DNA from: Mobula hypostoma
Taxonomy: Eukaryota
Reading direction: 5' to 3'
DNA length: 64,000 bases
Assembly (NCBI RefSeq): GCF_963921235.1
Contig: NC_086108.1
Span: 64,854,001 to 64,918,000 of the forward strand
Shown here piece after piece: positions 12,230 through 24,556 of the stretch. The translations under genes and the position numbers were made by a program. The notes beneath the pieces were generated by a model that made no database searches, was not told where the DNA came from, and saw only the letters and a program-made list of their open reading frames with translations. The stretch's first letter is position 1; each line of letters starts with the position of its first letter.

Positions 12230-13440
12230 AGATTGATTTGGGAAACCCAGTATGAAGTTGTAAAGGGAAATTTGTGTTTAACTAACTTGATAAGAGAATT
12301 TTGATGAGATGGTAGACAGGGAAGTTTTTTTGAAGTGTAAGTAGAATTTTGAAGGCATTTGATAAAGTCCCTGTCACAGGCTTGTCATTTGACCAAAGCC
12401 TATTGAATAAAAGCTGCAGTAACAATATGTTCAAAAATGCCTAAGTGACAGGAAACAGACTACAGTTGCTTTTGAGACTAGAAGGGAGTGTACAGTGCTA
12501 TACCTTACGAGGTGCATCCTGGGCTACTGTTTTTGTTAATTTGCATTTGCAATTTGGGATAGAGGTACAAAGCACAATTTCCAAATTTACAGATAACATG
12601 GGAGAATAATGAACTATGAGGAGGATGCAGGTAGATACACGATTATTGGAATTCAAAGCAGTGAATGCTTGAGTTATGTTTCAGTAAGAAAATTGTGGAG
12701 ATGCACAATCCTATATGAACAGAGTTCCCATTCTTGAACTGCAAAGTGGAGGGGCAGTCTGGAAAAAAGTAGATACAAATGAGATACCTTGTTTTATAAA
12801 TTGATGCATTGACCGTCAGGCCAAGGAAGTCATGACAAACCTTTGAAAAAACACTGGTTCCACGATAATTGGAATGGTGTATTCTGGTGTGAACATTACA
12901 TTTGAGAAAGCGAAAGGGTTCAATAGAAATCAAAAATTTTCAGAGATCTGAGACCTTGTTGACACAAATAAATATGGATTGGTTATTCTCTTTGGAACAG
13001 TGGAGGTTGAGAGGGACACCGATGAGGTATTTAAAATTTATAAGGTTCTAGACTGTAGCTGGAAGGAAAGGTCAAGGATAATGTGAGAGCTATGGAAAGC
13101 AAATTGAGAGGTATGTGGGAGGGAAGAGATAGATTATTCTTGGAGTAGGTTAAAAGGTCAGCACAATATCAGGGTTTGAGTGGCCTTTACTGTGCTGTAC
13201 TATTGATGTTCTATATTAATCGGATGTAGTGATTGGTCAGAATCTGGAATGTCCATCCAAGCGTGGACCGGAGGCAGATTGAAATATGATATTCAAAAGA
13301 ATAAGTGCTTGAATAGATACGCCTGTACCGGTTACCAAGTTTTGGGAGAGAGCAGAACAGTGGACTTAACCAAATTGTTCTTGCATAGAGCTAGAATACA
13401 CTAATTAAGCAAAATAGCCTCCTTTCATCTTGTAACCTTC
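12230..13440 (+). mobile_element. Old, highly decayed CR1 fragments
   Basis: gaaggcatttgataaagtcc (KAFDKV), aaatttacagataac (KF.D) and aaaacactggtt remnants. Confidence 0.55.
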
Positions 13441-13544
13441 TCATTATCTGTGAACTGCCTTAATTCTCATTCAAAGTTATGAGCTGGCTTTCACTTCCCA
13501 GCTCTTCTTTGAACCAGTTAGTTGGTACATTGCTCATGGATGGA

Positions 13545-14330
13545 AACATTTAAAACTGGAGCAGGAGAAGATTTCTCCACCATTCAATATGATCAAGGCA
13601 TTTCCAGATTTTTCCCCATATCCCTTGATCCATCAGGTCTTAGAAATATCTGACTACTTCCTGAATATATTTGATCCCCAGGTTCACCACTCTCTGGGAG
13701 AAGAGATTTCTACTTGTCTTATTTGCAGTTGGCTTGCCCTTATCCTTAAATTGTGAGCCTTGACTCTGGATTCCTCCATTTGTCCAGCTGTGTTGAACTT
13801 TTGTAAGTTTCTGTGAAATCCCCTCTCATTCATTTAAATTTCACGTCACATGCCAGTGATAATAAACCTGATTCTGCTTCTGATTCCAGTGAACGTTAGC
13901 CTAATTGACCCATAAATCATAAATTAGTTCTGAAAGTCAAGAAATCTGTCAGATGGATTATCACTGAATTCTCTCAATAGCAAGAATGTCCCATCTTAGA
14001 TAAAGAACTCAACGTGCTTCCTCAGCAAAGTCCTGCACAATTGTAGCAAGGCATGCCAGCTCCTTTACTCAAGTCCTCTCACAATGAAAGCCAGCAGACT
14101 ATTTGCCTTCTTAATCACCTGTTTGCATCGACATGTTTACCTTCTACAAATAATGCACAAGGACATTTGCTATACATCCACCTTCCCCAATTATCAGCAT
14201 TCAGATAATCTGCTTTCCTGTTACTGTCACCAAAGTGGATAACCTCATACTTGTCCACAATGTATTGCTTCTGCCTGTATCTACCTGCCTCCTCAACATG
14301 TTTTGATGAATATAGAGCTTCTTGGCAGTC
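13545..14330 (-). mobile_element. Old CR1 3' fragment
   Basis: ttcaccactctctgggagaagagatttct, gccagcagactatttgccttcttaatc and caaagtggataacctca are typical reverse CR1 motifs. Confidence 0.6.
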
Positions 14331-15679
14331 TCCTCCTCAAGACTGGCTCTCCATAAACCTTCCAGAGCTTTGTGACATTCATAAACTCAAAGATTTACAT
14401 TTAATTCCCTCATCCAATACAGGCCCTTCCCAGGTTACAAACAGCTGGCTTGTGGACATTCTGTATATCCAAACAAGTGTTTGGGTGTGCCAGCAGAATT
14501 GATAGGGATGAATATACTGGCCACTGTGGGGCTGCAGGCATCTTTGCCACAGAGAAGGGGGCAACTCCATGTACCTTCCCTGTCCACCATCCCCAATGTC
14601 TGATCTCTGTGCTATCTAATGAGTCATTGCCTGGCACTTGGAAAAAGACCTTTGTCTTTGTTGACCTACTTTCATTTCCCTTCTGCTATCCAGTTCTCTG
14701 TTCATACCAGTACTTTATCCTGGGCACTTTATTCTTGCTCAAAAGCTGTGGGACTTTATCAAAAGCTCATTCAATATCTCTGCTGTCTTCTTCAATGAAA
14801 AAATGCAGGTCAAGATGAGTGTTAAGTGAAGATATTTTAAAAATCTGTTTAATTGATAGCACATTCTCAGAAATAACCTTGTGTTTTGAAGTGACTTTCT
14901 TCCCTGCTTCCCCCTTCTTAATAGAAAATTGTTACTGTGTGTCACTCTCCATTGGTTTATGAGTAGAATCATAGCTATACATGTGATACAATGTTTTATT
15001 TTAATTGTATAGAGATCAGAGTAAAAGGTTTGGAGTGAAATCATATTTCTGCTTTTAATGTTTCAACTTTGCAAGATGTTTTTGAAGTCCAGATTTGCAC
15101 ACAAATGTTGCTTTAAGGTTTAGTTACAAACATCAAGTCCAAACCAGTAGAGTCAGCGCTTTGAGTTTCTCAGAACCTTCTTCACTCACTTTACTGTGAG
15201 ATTTGTTTTTCTTCGATAAAGAATAAGCAATTAAATTAACAGAGGTATCAGTAACATACAGAAGATTTAGTTGTACTGGATAAATAAATCTACTATCACA
15301 CTTGAATAATTTTACATACAGTTAAAATCAGCTTTTGTTCCATCCTGATTGTTGGAGCTGCCCACCCTCCGTATTGATCCTTCTCTAGCTCACTGAGTAT
15401 CAATAGCTGCTGCAGGGCCCGGGCATCAGAGGGGCATGAAAGTTTTCAGAGCATTTCCTCAATTAGCCATAGGTCTTTCTCATCTGAGTTTTCCCACTTT
15501 CATCATGATAAAATTAATTGTATATATATATATAGGCTTGTTCTTTTTACTGATTGCCCTTTGTTTCACTGTTTGCATTTCTACTTGTTTATCTCATCAG
15601 AAAACCACAGAACTAACATGTTAACAAATGGTTTTCTGGCATATTACTGGCTAGGTTCATTTTTGTGTGTACACTTCAG

Positions 15680-15890
15680 CCTCATTCTCCCTCTTCTACC
15701 TTCCCCTGAGCTCTTTCCTTCCCTCTTCTTTCTTCCTCCCTTCTTCCACTCCTCTCTTCCTCCCTCACTCTCTTCTCTCTACTCTCCCTTCCGTCATCCT
15801 CCAGTGCTACCTCCCTTCCTTCTCGTCCATCCTTCTTTCCTACTAACCCCTCTGCACTCCCTTCCACTCTCGATTCTTCCTTCCACCTTT
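15680..15890 (+). repeat. Polypyrimidine (C/T-rich) low-complexity tract
   Basis: About 200 bp composed almost entirely of C and T. Confidence 0.85.
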
Positions 15891-17588
15891 GAATCACCGT
15901 GATTGGTCTCAGAACTTTGTTTACCCAGTCATGCTTTCTGGATGTCTTTTCTTAGATCCATTGGTTGCTGTATTTTACCATCCATGGAAAAAACGTTCCT
16001 TCTTGCCATTTTTTACAATCTTACTTCCAGTTATTTTTAACTTTTCAATATGTTTCTGTTTTTTTTTCTCTCTAAAACATCTGGGAATGTCATGTATAAA
16101 AAATGCACCACATAAATACAAGTCAGTGTTCTTTGTGGAAAAAAAAGACCTGCACACATGCTCAGTTATTCATGTTAAATGTCATATACAAAAGGCTGAG
16201 AGTTGTTATTATTAAGGAGTTCATAAACCACACAAATGAGCTGTGTTCAAATCATATATCTGATACACAAAATCCATATAATATTGACAAAGTTTTCACA
16301 TAATAGGCACACACATTTTATTTAAAAAGATATAGGTTAAGAGGCACAGTTCTCTAATCTTTTGGGACAGGGAAATGTAGCATTGCAAATCACAGATATT
16401 TCTGTAGCACTAATGAGTGCTACAGTAGTGTTGCTCTCAGAGCTAGGTTGTTTTATTCAATTGAGATTGACGCCTTGTTCCATCTGAAAGAATAAGAAAG
16501 TACTTTGAGGGAAAGATGTGAATAAGTATTATCTGATTAGTTCTTGAAAAGTAAGAGCTAAAATTAGATATCAAGTAATATCTATTAAACCTCCGCAAGA
16601 TAGGTGCAAGCAGGCAGTGGTCTCTTGCCATAGTCTGTCATTCGGGTCTGTGAGTTCCTGTTCATGCCAACTCTGAATAGTTGTAGACAGGTTCAGCAAT
16701 AAGGAAGGGCACCACCAGCACAATTTAAGTGGATCATTTGCTATTTACAGTTTAGATATTTGTGATTTCTGTTGGCTGTTTCTGTACCCCAGCGCAGTAC
16801 TGCAATCTGGGCAGGCTGGCTTACGGGCAACAGCAATATTTCCACCAGAAGGAAGTGAGCAAAAGGATAAATGCTATCTTCTTGAGGACGGATACCAGTT
16901 TGTCCTTGATGGAGTCATTGCTACTTCCCTGGAGTGATGGCTCTACAGTCCCAGTAATCCATGGGGACAGCCATTGAGTCTCTATGAATGCTGTAATATA
17001 CAGCCATTGGAAGCCGACTTCGCATGTCAACATTCTAAGCTCCTACTGCTGCACTCAGATGTTGGTGTCAAATCCTTGCACTGCAATAAAACTGCAACAT
17101 CAGCCATGAAATCCTGTACTCTGGTTGAAAATGCAAATGTGCAAATAGAGTTGATCACAGATTCAGTGCTGGAATGGGCAGTATGTTCTGCATAAAGCCC
17201 AAACTTCTGTCAGACATTCTCCTCAGTGTTCCTCAGCTTTGTATGTAGCTTTCTGTGCGAATTACCAATACATGTTTTTCAAAGCCTATATCTAAAAGCC
17301 TCCTGCTTTGCCTAATTGAAGTTTTTAATCAGAACAGAATGCAGTAGAGTTGACATTCATCTTTACTATCTAGCATGCGCTATTCTCGTACCCTGATTGC
17401 ATGCCACAGTTGTCTAGCGACTCCAAATCTGGATGCTTGACTTTTTCTCAGCATTATCTATATGATGGCTCGGAGTGTGGTATCAGTAATGCAATGCCCA
17501 TTGTCACTTTACTGTTTCCTGCTTTTTGACCAGCTCATAGTCCAAGGAAATAGATACAAGTGTAAAGTTATGGAGAAAGTAATGATAA

Positions 17589-17715
17589 ATATGAGAAATT
17601 CTGCAGATGCTGGAAATCCAAAGTAACACACACAAAATGCTGTGGAACTCAGCAGGTCAGGCAGCATCCATGGAAATGAATAAACAATTAACATTTTGGG
17701 CCAAGAGCCCTCTTT
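17589..17715 (-). mobile_element. Penelope-like terminal repeat copy, core degraded
   Basis: ttctgcagatgctggaaatcc...aactcagcaggtcaggcagcatc is the reverse of the 8523-8661 family. Confidence 0.75.
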
Positions 17716-18457
17716 TGGGAAAAGAAAGAAGTCATCCTTAGAACACCTGCAATTTGTAAATCAGAAGAGAGTATGAGTGGAGAGGAAGATGGGATATGCT
17801 GTATTTGACAGTTTCAATCCAACAACTTCCCATAGTCTAAACAATAGATGCCCCAAAAACACTTATGCAGGCTCACTTGTCCTTGCCCAGTTATCACCCA
17901 TCTCTAGTGATGCGCCACTTTGTCCTGGAAGAGGAAACAAAATGTACCCATGAGCTTCATCCAATGGGTTTAGTTTGTGTGAACATCATGGTTGGAAGGT
18001 GCTGCAGCTTGTGAATTGTGAATGTGAGGTTTTTCAGAACTACTAAACGAATGATACAATTACAAAGAAGACACGATAGCGGCTGTATTTTATTAGGAGT
18101 TTGAGAATATTTGCATGTCACCAATGACACTCGCAAATTTCTACCCATGTACCGTGGAGAGCATTCTAACTCATTGCATCACCATCTAGTATGGAGGGCC
18201 ACTGCACAGGATCAGAAAAAGCTGCAGAAAGTTGTAAACTCTGCCTGCCCTATCATGGGCATGAGCCTCCCCAACATCCAGGATACCTTCAAAAGGTGAT
18301 ACCTCAAAAAGGTTGCATCTATCATTAAGGAATCCCATCACCCAGGACGTAACCTCTTCTCATTGCTACCATTAAGGTGGAGCTACAGACACACACTGTA
18401 GTACACTGGAACTGAAGATACACATGTAACATTTCAGAAGCAGCTTCTTCCCCTTCA

Positions 18458-19095
18458 CAGACATCCCACCCTGCAAAAGCTCATTTCAGGGAAGTAGCAT
18501 CATCAATTTGCAGGAGACTTCCAGGAGAGGTGGAATGTCTGCAATAGAGTAGCTCCTTAGCAGCTAGCCAGCTAGTTTAAATAACGTTAGCTATACTAAT
18601 GAACGAATGACACCTGTTAAACTCACCTCAACATGTCTTTTACAGTCTTAACCCACCGTGGGCAATAGAAAAGTCACTGCTGAAAACAGTGCAGCGAGCA
18701 ACACTGTCATTATTTTGACCCCTATTAGGCAGGGGTACACTTTAGTGTAGTCTGGGGCAACGTACGTTTTATATTTTTTGGAACATTCTGCCATGGCGCA
18801 CTCTGGCTCTCGCTTGCTTGCTGTCGTGCTCTCTCTCCTGCGCTCTCGCTTGCTTTCTCTCTTGTTCTCTCTCGCTCTCTCTCTCACTTGCTTTCTTTCT
18901 CTCTCGCTCTCGCTTTCTCTCTCTTGCTGTCGCTTGCTTTCTCTCTCGCGTGCTCTCTCGTGGTCGCTCTCGCGCTCTCTCGCTCGCTCTCAAAAAAATT
19001 GATTTCTGTGATATTGTATATAATTTGCGGGCATCAGGGAGCCACTATTCATATGCGGGAGACTCCCAGAATTTCTGGGAGAGGTGGGATGTCTG
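18458..19095 (-). mobile_element. Non-autonomous hAT-type DNA transposon with transposase N-terminal remnant
   Basis: TIRs CAGACATCCCACC...GGTGGGATGTCTG, with an internal TIR copy ending at 18541. Minus strand encodes frameshifted MAECSKKYKTY...DSVARCTVFSSDFSIAHGG..DCKRHVE, a BED-like zinc finger. TSD not clean. Confidence 0.72.
18805..18990 (+). repeat. Compound (CT)n/(CGCT)n microsatellite inside the hAT element
   Basis: ctctcgct and ctcgcttg units seen directly. Confidence 0.9.
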
Positions 19096-20174
19096 TCTCC
19101 ACCTCCTCCAAATGGATAATGAACCAATGAACACTACCTCACTACTTTTTCCCTCTCTTTTTTCCACTACTTTTTATATGTGCTTTGTTTACTTAAGTTT
19201 CTTATTGTAATTTATAGTTTTCATTAATATGTATTGCTGCCGCAAAACAACAAATTTCATGACAGCTGCCAGTGATACTAAATCTGGTTCTGATTCTAAT
19301 TTAAAACATATGATTGTAAGGTACAAGTGTTGTATGTTAAAGTGTTTTTGGTAGCTGAGTGATGATGCAATGAAAGATAGCTGCGACAAGCAGCATATTT
19401 TGCATCTGGCATTGATCTTAGGACCTTGGTGCTTGACTCCTTCTGTTGACCATCTGATTATCTGTCCTCACTGCTTTCTGTAAATGAGTCTACATCTCTC
19501 CTACCTGTCAGTTTCTGCAGAGTCCTATTGCAGCTCATGGCCTTTCGTTTGTGTTTTTCTTCACAATTTCCTGGGTCAGAATCCCTTGTAGTTCATCTGC
19601 CAGCACCTGCTTCATCCATAGTACACTTCCCTTTAAGTGGTTCAGCTAGGTTTAATTGGTGCTGAACAAACAATATTGGCCCCCTGAGGATGCTTTCAGA
19701 TTATCAACAGCACAGTTAGTGCAGGCTGGACATTGAAGCCATTCTAATGATCAGGCAGCATGAAATTGGTGTGTTGCCAGCATTGCAGTCAGCAGGCATG
19801 GGTTAATTGCTCATTACCATCCTTGTGCCTTTTTCTAGGGGCTATCAAATTTATCCCCATTGGTGCTTTCTTTACACACTGAAGAAAAAGACGTTAACTT
19901 GTTCTTCAAATATATTACAGCTATATATGTAAGTGAATCTGTTTCTTCATGAGAGTCTCATGAACTCTAAATGAACTCAAATTAGGCTTATCAGAGAGGC
20001 ATTTAATGGAAAATGTTAAACACTTTTAAACACAGAACACTGCCAGATCACTAAGCTTAATCACTTTTTATAATTTGTGTAGCATTTTATGGCCCAGAAT
20101 TTCCTCGGAGTTGCTCCCACCCCGTCAGCATAACTTTGATAAAAGTGTGGCAGGAAACATATTTAGCACATAAT

Positions 20175-20280
20175 AACATTCCTACATTACAGCAATGACT
20201 GCACTTCAGAAGTGCTACAGTAGATGCAAAATAATTTGGGGTGCCCTGAAGTCATGAAATAAGATATGGAAATCAAAGAA
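20175..20280 (+). mobile_element. Old elasmobranch SINE 3' fragment
   Basis: cctacattacagcaatgactgcacttcagaag...ccctgaagtcatgaaa is the reverse counterpart of 31460-31750. Confidence 0.5.
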
Positions 20281-20640
20281 TTTCCTTCATAATGGGGATC
20301 CTGCTTTGTTTATGACAGTAGCAAATCCAAAGAAATTTCTTTTTTATGTCACAAATCATGGCCTACAATGCAGATATATTTTCAAGTGGTTTGTGAGCAT
20401 AATTTGAGCTAAGTATTATTTATTAGACTGCAACCTGAAATGGATTTTTGTTGAATTCAACGTGTGTTGCACATTCCTGCTGTGTATTGCACAGGGCTGC
20501 TGGGAGAGGTTAGAATGCTTGTCTAGGAGTGTCCAGAATACATGACATTCAACAGCTGAGTACAAAGCTAATAAATAATGAGTTAAAAGGGGCATATTCT
20601 GTTGTCCAAAGTACGTTATAGTCTAAAGACCCATGGGAAG

Positions 20641-20870
20641 TGAAGCACCTTCAATTACTCCAAAAGACTGAGGTTTGGTAAAATACTGAAAAGCTTTTTA
20701 TTTGCTGTACAATACGACCTCCACAGTGAGTGTCTGCCCCCGGACTGAGGGGGAGGGGCAAAGCGAACATCTTTATACAGGACTCTGTGGGAGGAGCCAC
20801 AGGGGCAGTCAGCAGAGAGGTGTGTCCAGACAGGTAACCGAGTTACAACATATATACATGGTTTACCACA
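20641..20870 (-). mobile_element. Solo LTR (230 bp)
   Basis: TG...CA termini and perfect 5-bp TSD ggaag (20636-20640 and 20871-20875). Minus-strand TATAAA near 20772-20777, followed by AATAAA near 20697-20702. Confidence 0.85.
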
Positions 20871-22719
20871 GGAAGTAATTTCTGGAGTTGTAAGTGATCT
20901 GCAGAATGCCTCTTATGTAGATCTGCTGTGGGACTTTCACACAGTGAGCTCTGAGGGACTAAGGTTATTTCAGAAATTGGAATATTTTTCCACTCTCCAA
21001 TTAATTCAGAGATTCGTAGGTATAATCATCAGATCCTCAAGGACCATTCCTCATTGCTATTTTAGTAGAGGAGGAAGGACGGCATGGGACAAAAGAAAGG
21101 AGGATGAGACAGCATTGGATGAGGAAGTATTTGCTGGCCCTGCAGATCACAAGGTATTGATGAGAAGCACTGCGTGAGAAACTCTCAATGCACATTAAGG
21201 GTAGTGGGATGATTGTGCCACCACTGACATAAAAAACTACTGCCGAAATCATCAACGACAGTAAAGGTTACCAGAGAATGCTACTTTTAGCTACCAACTC
21301 ACTTCAAACAAATCCAGGGGAATGATGTGCTATTTGCAGATGCAGTCCTAGAATCCATTAATCAAATCTCTAAGATTATTTTCAGTATAACTATCATGAG
21401 GTAGCTTTGTGATATTGCCAAAATATTTTATCAAATTGCTGCCAAAAAAACAGGGTTCAATTGATGGCACTGGCAGAGCATGTTGATATCTTCCAGTAAA
21501 TCTCCTAAACTTTATGAATAGAAAGGCCTGCATCATAACAAAGTGCAGATTGTGTGCGACTGGATGCAATGAGCTGTGCGAGAGAGTGCCAGATTTTCTG
21601 CAGGTTACCATATTGTATTGAATCTTGCTCGCTCATCCCCTTTTTTAAAAAATTGAAGCAACAAAAGGTTTGTTATGAAGAATAAATTGGACCATGCACA
21701 CACCTTCACTTCAATCAAATGCAATGTCAGTAACAGAAAGAGCTGCTGAGTAATTTTACAATTTCAAATGGGGCTCTTACTCATCCGTAATTATTTTCTT
21801 ACATTTAATCCAATCATATGCGTCTTCTGAATTATACATTTCACATTGGTTCAGTTTGAATTTACTGTGTATGAATAAAGAAGTTTGGCCCTGTCTGGTT
21901 CAGATTACAGGTTAAGCATGACATCAAGTTAAAACTGCACTAATTACATGACTGTATCTTACAGGATCCTTGTAAACAAATTGTGCATACAATATGAAGG
22001 TCCTCACGCTACAAGAAAGCAAGTGGGTGAATTAGAAGTATAGATCAATGTAAAGCACTCTGGATTTTTAAATGATGAATTCCGGTGACCAGAAAATTGA
22101 GAGTCAAGAGAACTAATGTCAGTGCCAAATAAGGCTGAGTATTGACTCAAAGTATGTGCCTTCATGCTTATTACAGATCACGTTAACCATTGTTATTATC
22201 ACCCTTGTCTAGCTAACAATAAAATATAATTAAGTAAAAGAATGAGGCACAAGGTATGACATGTTACAATGTAGTTACTTCCTGGGAAAATAGCTAAGAA
22301 ACCATTGATTATCAGTATGGAAATGAACAAATTTAATCCAAACCTCTTAGCCAAATTAGTCTGGTGGATTGCTCAAAAGATTCACTGCACAGAACCTACT
22401 GAGGTACAGTAGCAGGTTTGATATGGTGTTTATATAGATAGAGGCCTACTATCCTTCCTGTAGGATACTTATAGATGCATCTTCTCATGTCTCAAGCAGT
22501 GAGCATCTATAATTCTTTAGATATCAATAATAATAACAACTGATATTTATGAAGAACCTTTTTAATAGCAAAGCACTGAAGCCTCTTTAAAGGAGATTGA
22601 GCAAAACAGCATTGATATATTTCAGATTTATCCATTAAAAATCCTCATGGAAATGTTAATATTAATTGATGAATTTAGCAGCAAATTGTCGAGAATTTGG
22701 TTACTGACTTGTATTTATT

Positions 22720-22860
22720 CAAAAGTAAAATACTGCAGATACTAGAATTCAGAAATAAAACAGAAAAGCTTGGAAATGCCCAGCAAATAAAGGCCGTGAT
22801 GAGGAAAGCATAGTTAATGTTTCAGATCAATGAGTTTTAATAAGGATTGGGAAAAGTTAG
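22720..22860 (-). mobile_element. Old Penelope-like terminal repeat
   Basis: aaatactgcagatact...aaaacagaaaagcttggaaat...gttaatgtttcagatcaatg, read as an older variant of the hammerhead-bearing repeat. Confidence 0.5.
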
Positions 22861-22999
22861 AGATAAAGATTTAAAAATGCAGAGGAAACAAGGCTAGAAA
22901 GAGAGGATGCATAAGAAGGATAAACATGAAATATATCAATGCTATTTTTCACCAATCTCGGTTTATACTTCTCACTGCACTAGTAAAGCAAACACAGAC

Positions 23000-23342
23000 C
23001 CCACCACCCCGGACATTTGCTTCTTCTCTCTCCCACTGGGCAGAAGATATAAAAACTTGAAAGCATGTACCACCAGCCTCTAGGACAGCTTCTGTCCAAC
23101 CGTTATCAGGCTCTTGTTTGATAGGATGGACTCTCAGAATCACAATCAATTTCGTTATGCTCTTGCATTTTATTACTTACATGCACCACACCGTTTCAGA
23201 GGCTTTTTCTCTTTATTTTGTATTGTTATTGTTTTACCCTTATTTTAGCTCAATGCACTATACAATTATTTGACCTGTATAAACAGTATGCAAGACAAGC
23301 TTTTCACTGTATCTTTGTATATGTGACAATAATAAACCAATA
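23000..23342 (+). mobile_element. Rex1-like LINE 3' fragment
   Basis: cccactgggcagaagatataaaaacttgaaagcatgtaccaccag (GRRYK.LKA.T) followed by a 3' UTR ending gtgacaataataaaccaat. Confidence 0.65.
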
Positions 23343-24556
23343 CGAAGATAGCAAACATTAAATGATAAGGGTATGATAATGCAGAGTGCAAGAGGATGGT
23401 AATGAATTTAGTGAGTACAAAATGTAAGTATGGAGAAGACAGGAAATAGGTAAAAACAATTATCTGAAATTACCGGTGGAAAAGTAAAAGAATCTGTGCA
23501 TCTTGAAAATATGACACATAAACACTAGAACTGCTGACTCTTTGATTTGTTGAAGTGCCGAGGGTAGGAAGTTTTGTTCCTTCAGTTGATATTCAGCTTC
23601 ATTGCAACAGCAATCAGAATAAGAGTGAAATAGGGAGCAGAAACATACTGTATTGCTGAAGCTGTACAGAGATGCTAGTCCAGCTCCAGCAATGCAGTAT
23701 GCCTCCTGGAAGCTTGCAGGCATGCTTGAGGACAGAATTCAGTTATCCAAGGTTAGTTTAGCACCGGAATAAATTGATTTGTGTGGAGATATTTTAGGGC
23801 CCTGAAAGGAGTAAGTGAGGAACTAATAGGGAAGATGTGGCATCTCCGGCAATTGCCATAGAGGTGCTAGTACAGGTCCAGCAACATAGAATGTCTCCAA
23901 TCTCTGTTAGGGACCAACTTTCAGATTTTTTTGTGTAGTGTACATAAACAATGTGTTATGCAGCAGTGTTTCAGGGATATGTTCATGTATCTTCTCACCC
24001 CTTATGGCCTGATACAGAAATAATTTTTGACATATCCTTTTCATGAGGCATAGAAATAGAATTGTTCTTTATGGTGGTGATGAATATATGCAGTGGTCAT
24101 GGATCATTTCATAGGGAAAAACAGAATGAACTATTCCAGTCAAAGACCTTCCATAAGAAGACGCAAATTGATTTTAATTAATACGGCCTGCATTTATGCT
24201 ACTTAGACGTGTCCACCTAAATTCTGGACCCATGTCTACATTAACTCCTTTTGAAATTATGGAGGAATGTTTGACGTTTTTGCTGAATCTAAGTGAAATT
24301 TCAGTTAGTTGATATCACTTGCTCTGTGTAAAAGATTTTTAAAGAAGTAAGTATACTAAAATACCAATCAAATTTTAGGTTTTGACCAATTACAAAAGAG
24401 CATGAAGAGGAGGTGGCTATCTGGTACGGTTCTCATGGCTTCCTTAACTTTGCCTTCCTGCAACATTGCCATCTTCTTTGATTCACTTAGCATCCAAAAA
24501 TCTATCAATCTTGCCCTGTATATATTAAATAACTCAGCAGCTTCAGCCCTCTAGGA

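Larger units (their letters stand above)
18115..19297 (+). mobile_element. Rex1/Babar LINE 3' end split by a hAT element
   Basis: ATAQDQKKLQKVVNSA remnant; resumes after 19095 (aatggataatgaaccaatgaacactacctc); ttctgattct tail. Confidence 0.8.

Noticed and set aside
15561..15902. Pro/Leu/Ser-rich 113-aa ORF
   Set aside because: Artefact of the polypyrimidine tract.
16760..17200. Possible decayed Harbinger transposase (GSSNDS resembling PGS.HDS)
   Set aside because: The similarity is too slight to support by eye.
18648..19210. Arg/Glu-rich and Ser/Leu-rich ORFs
   Set aside because: Translations of the microsatellite; only the short transposase remnant is meaningful.
21965..22026. Possible + strand exon (ILVNKLCIQYEGPHATRKQV)
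   Set aside because: Weak donor (gtgaat) and no resemblance to NFIA.
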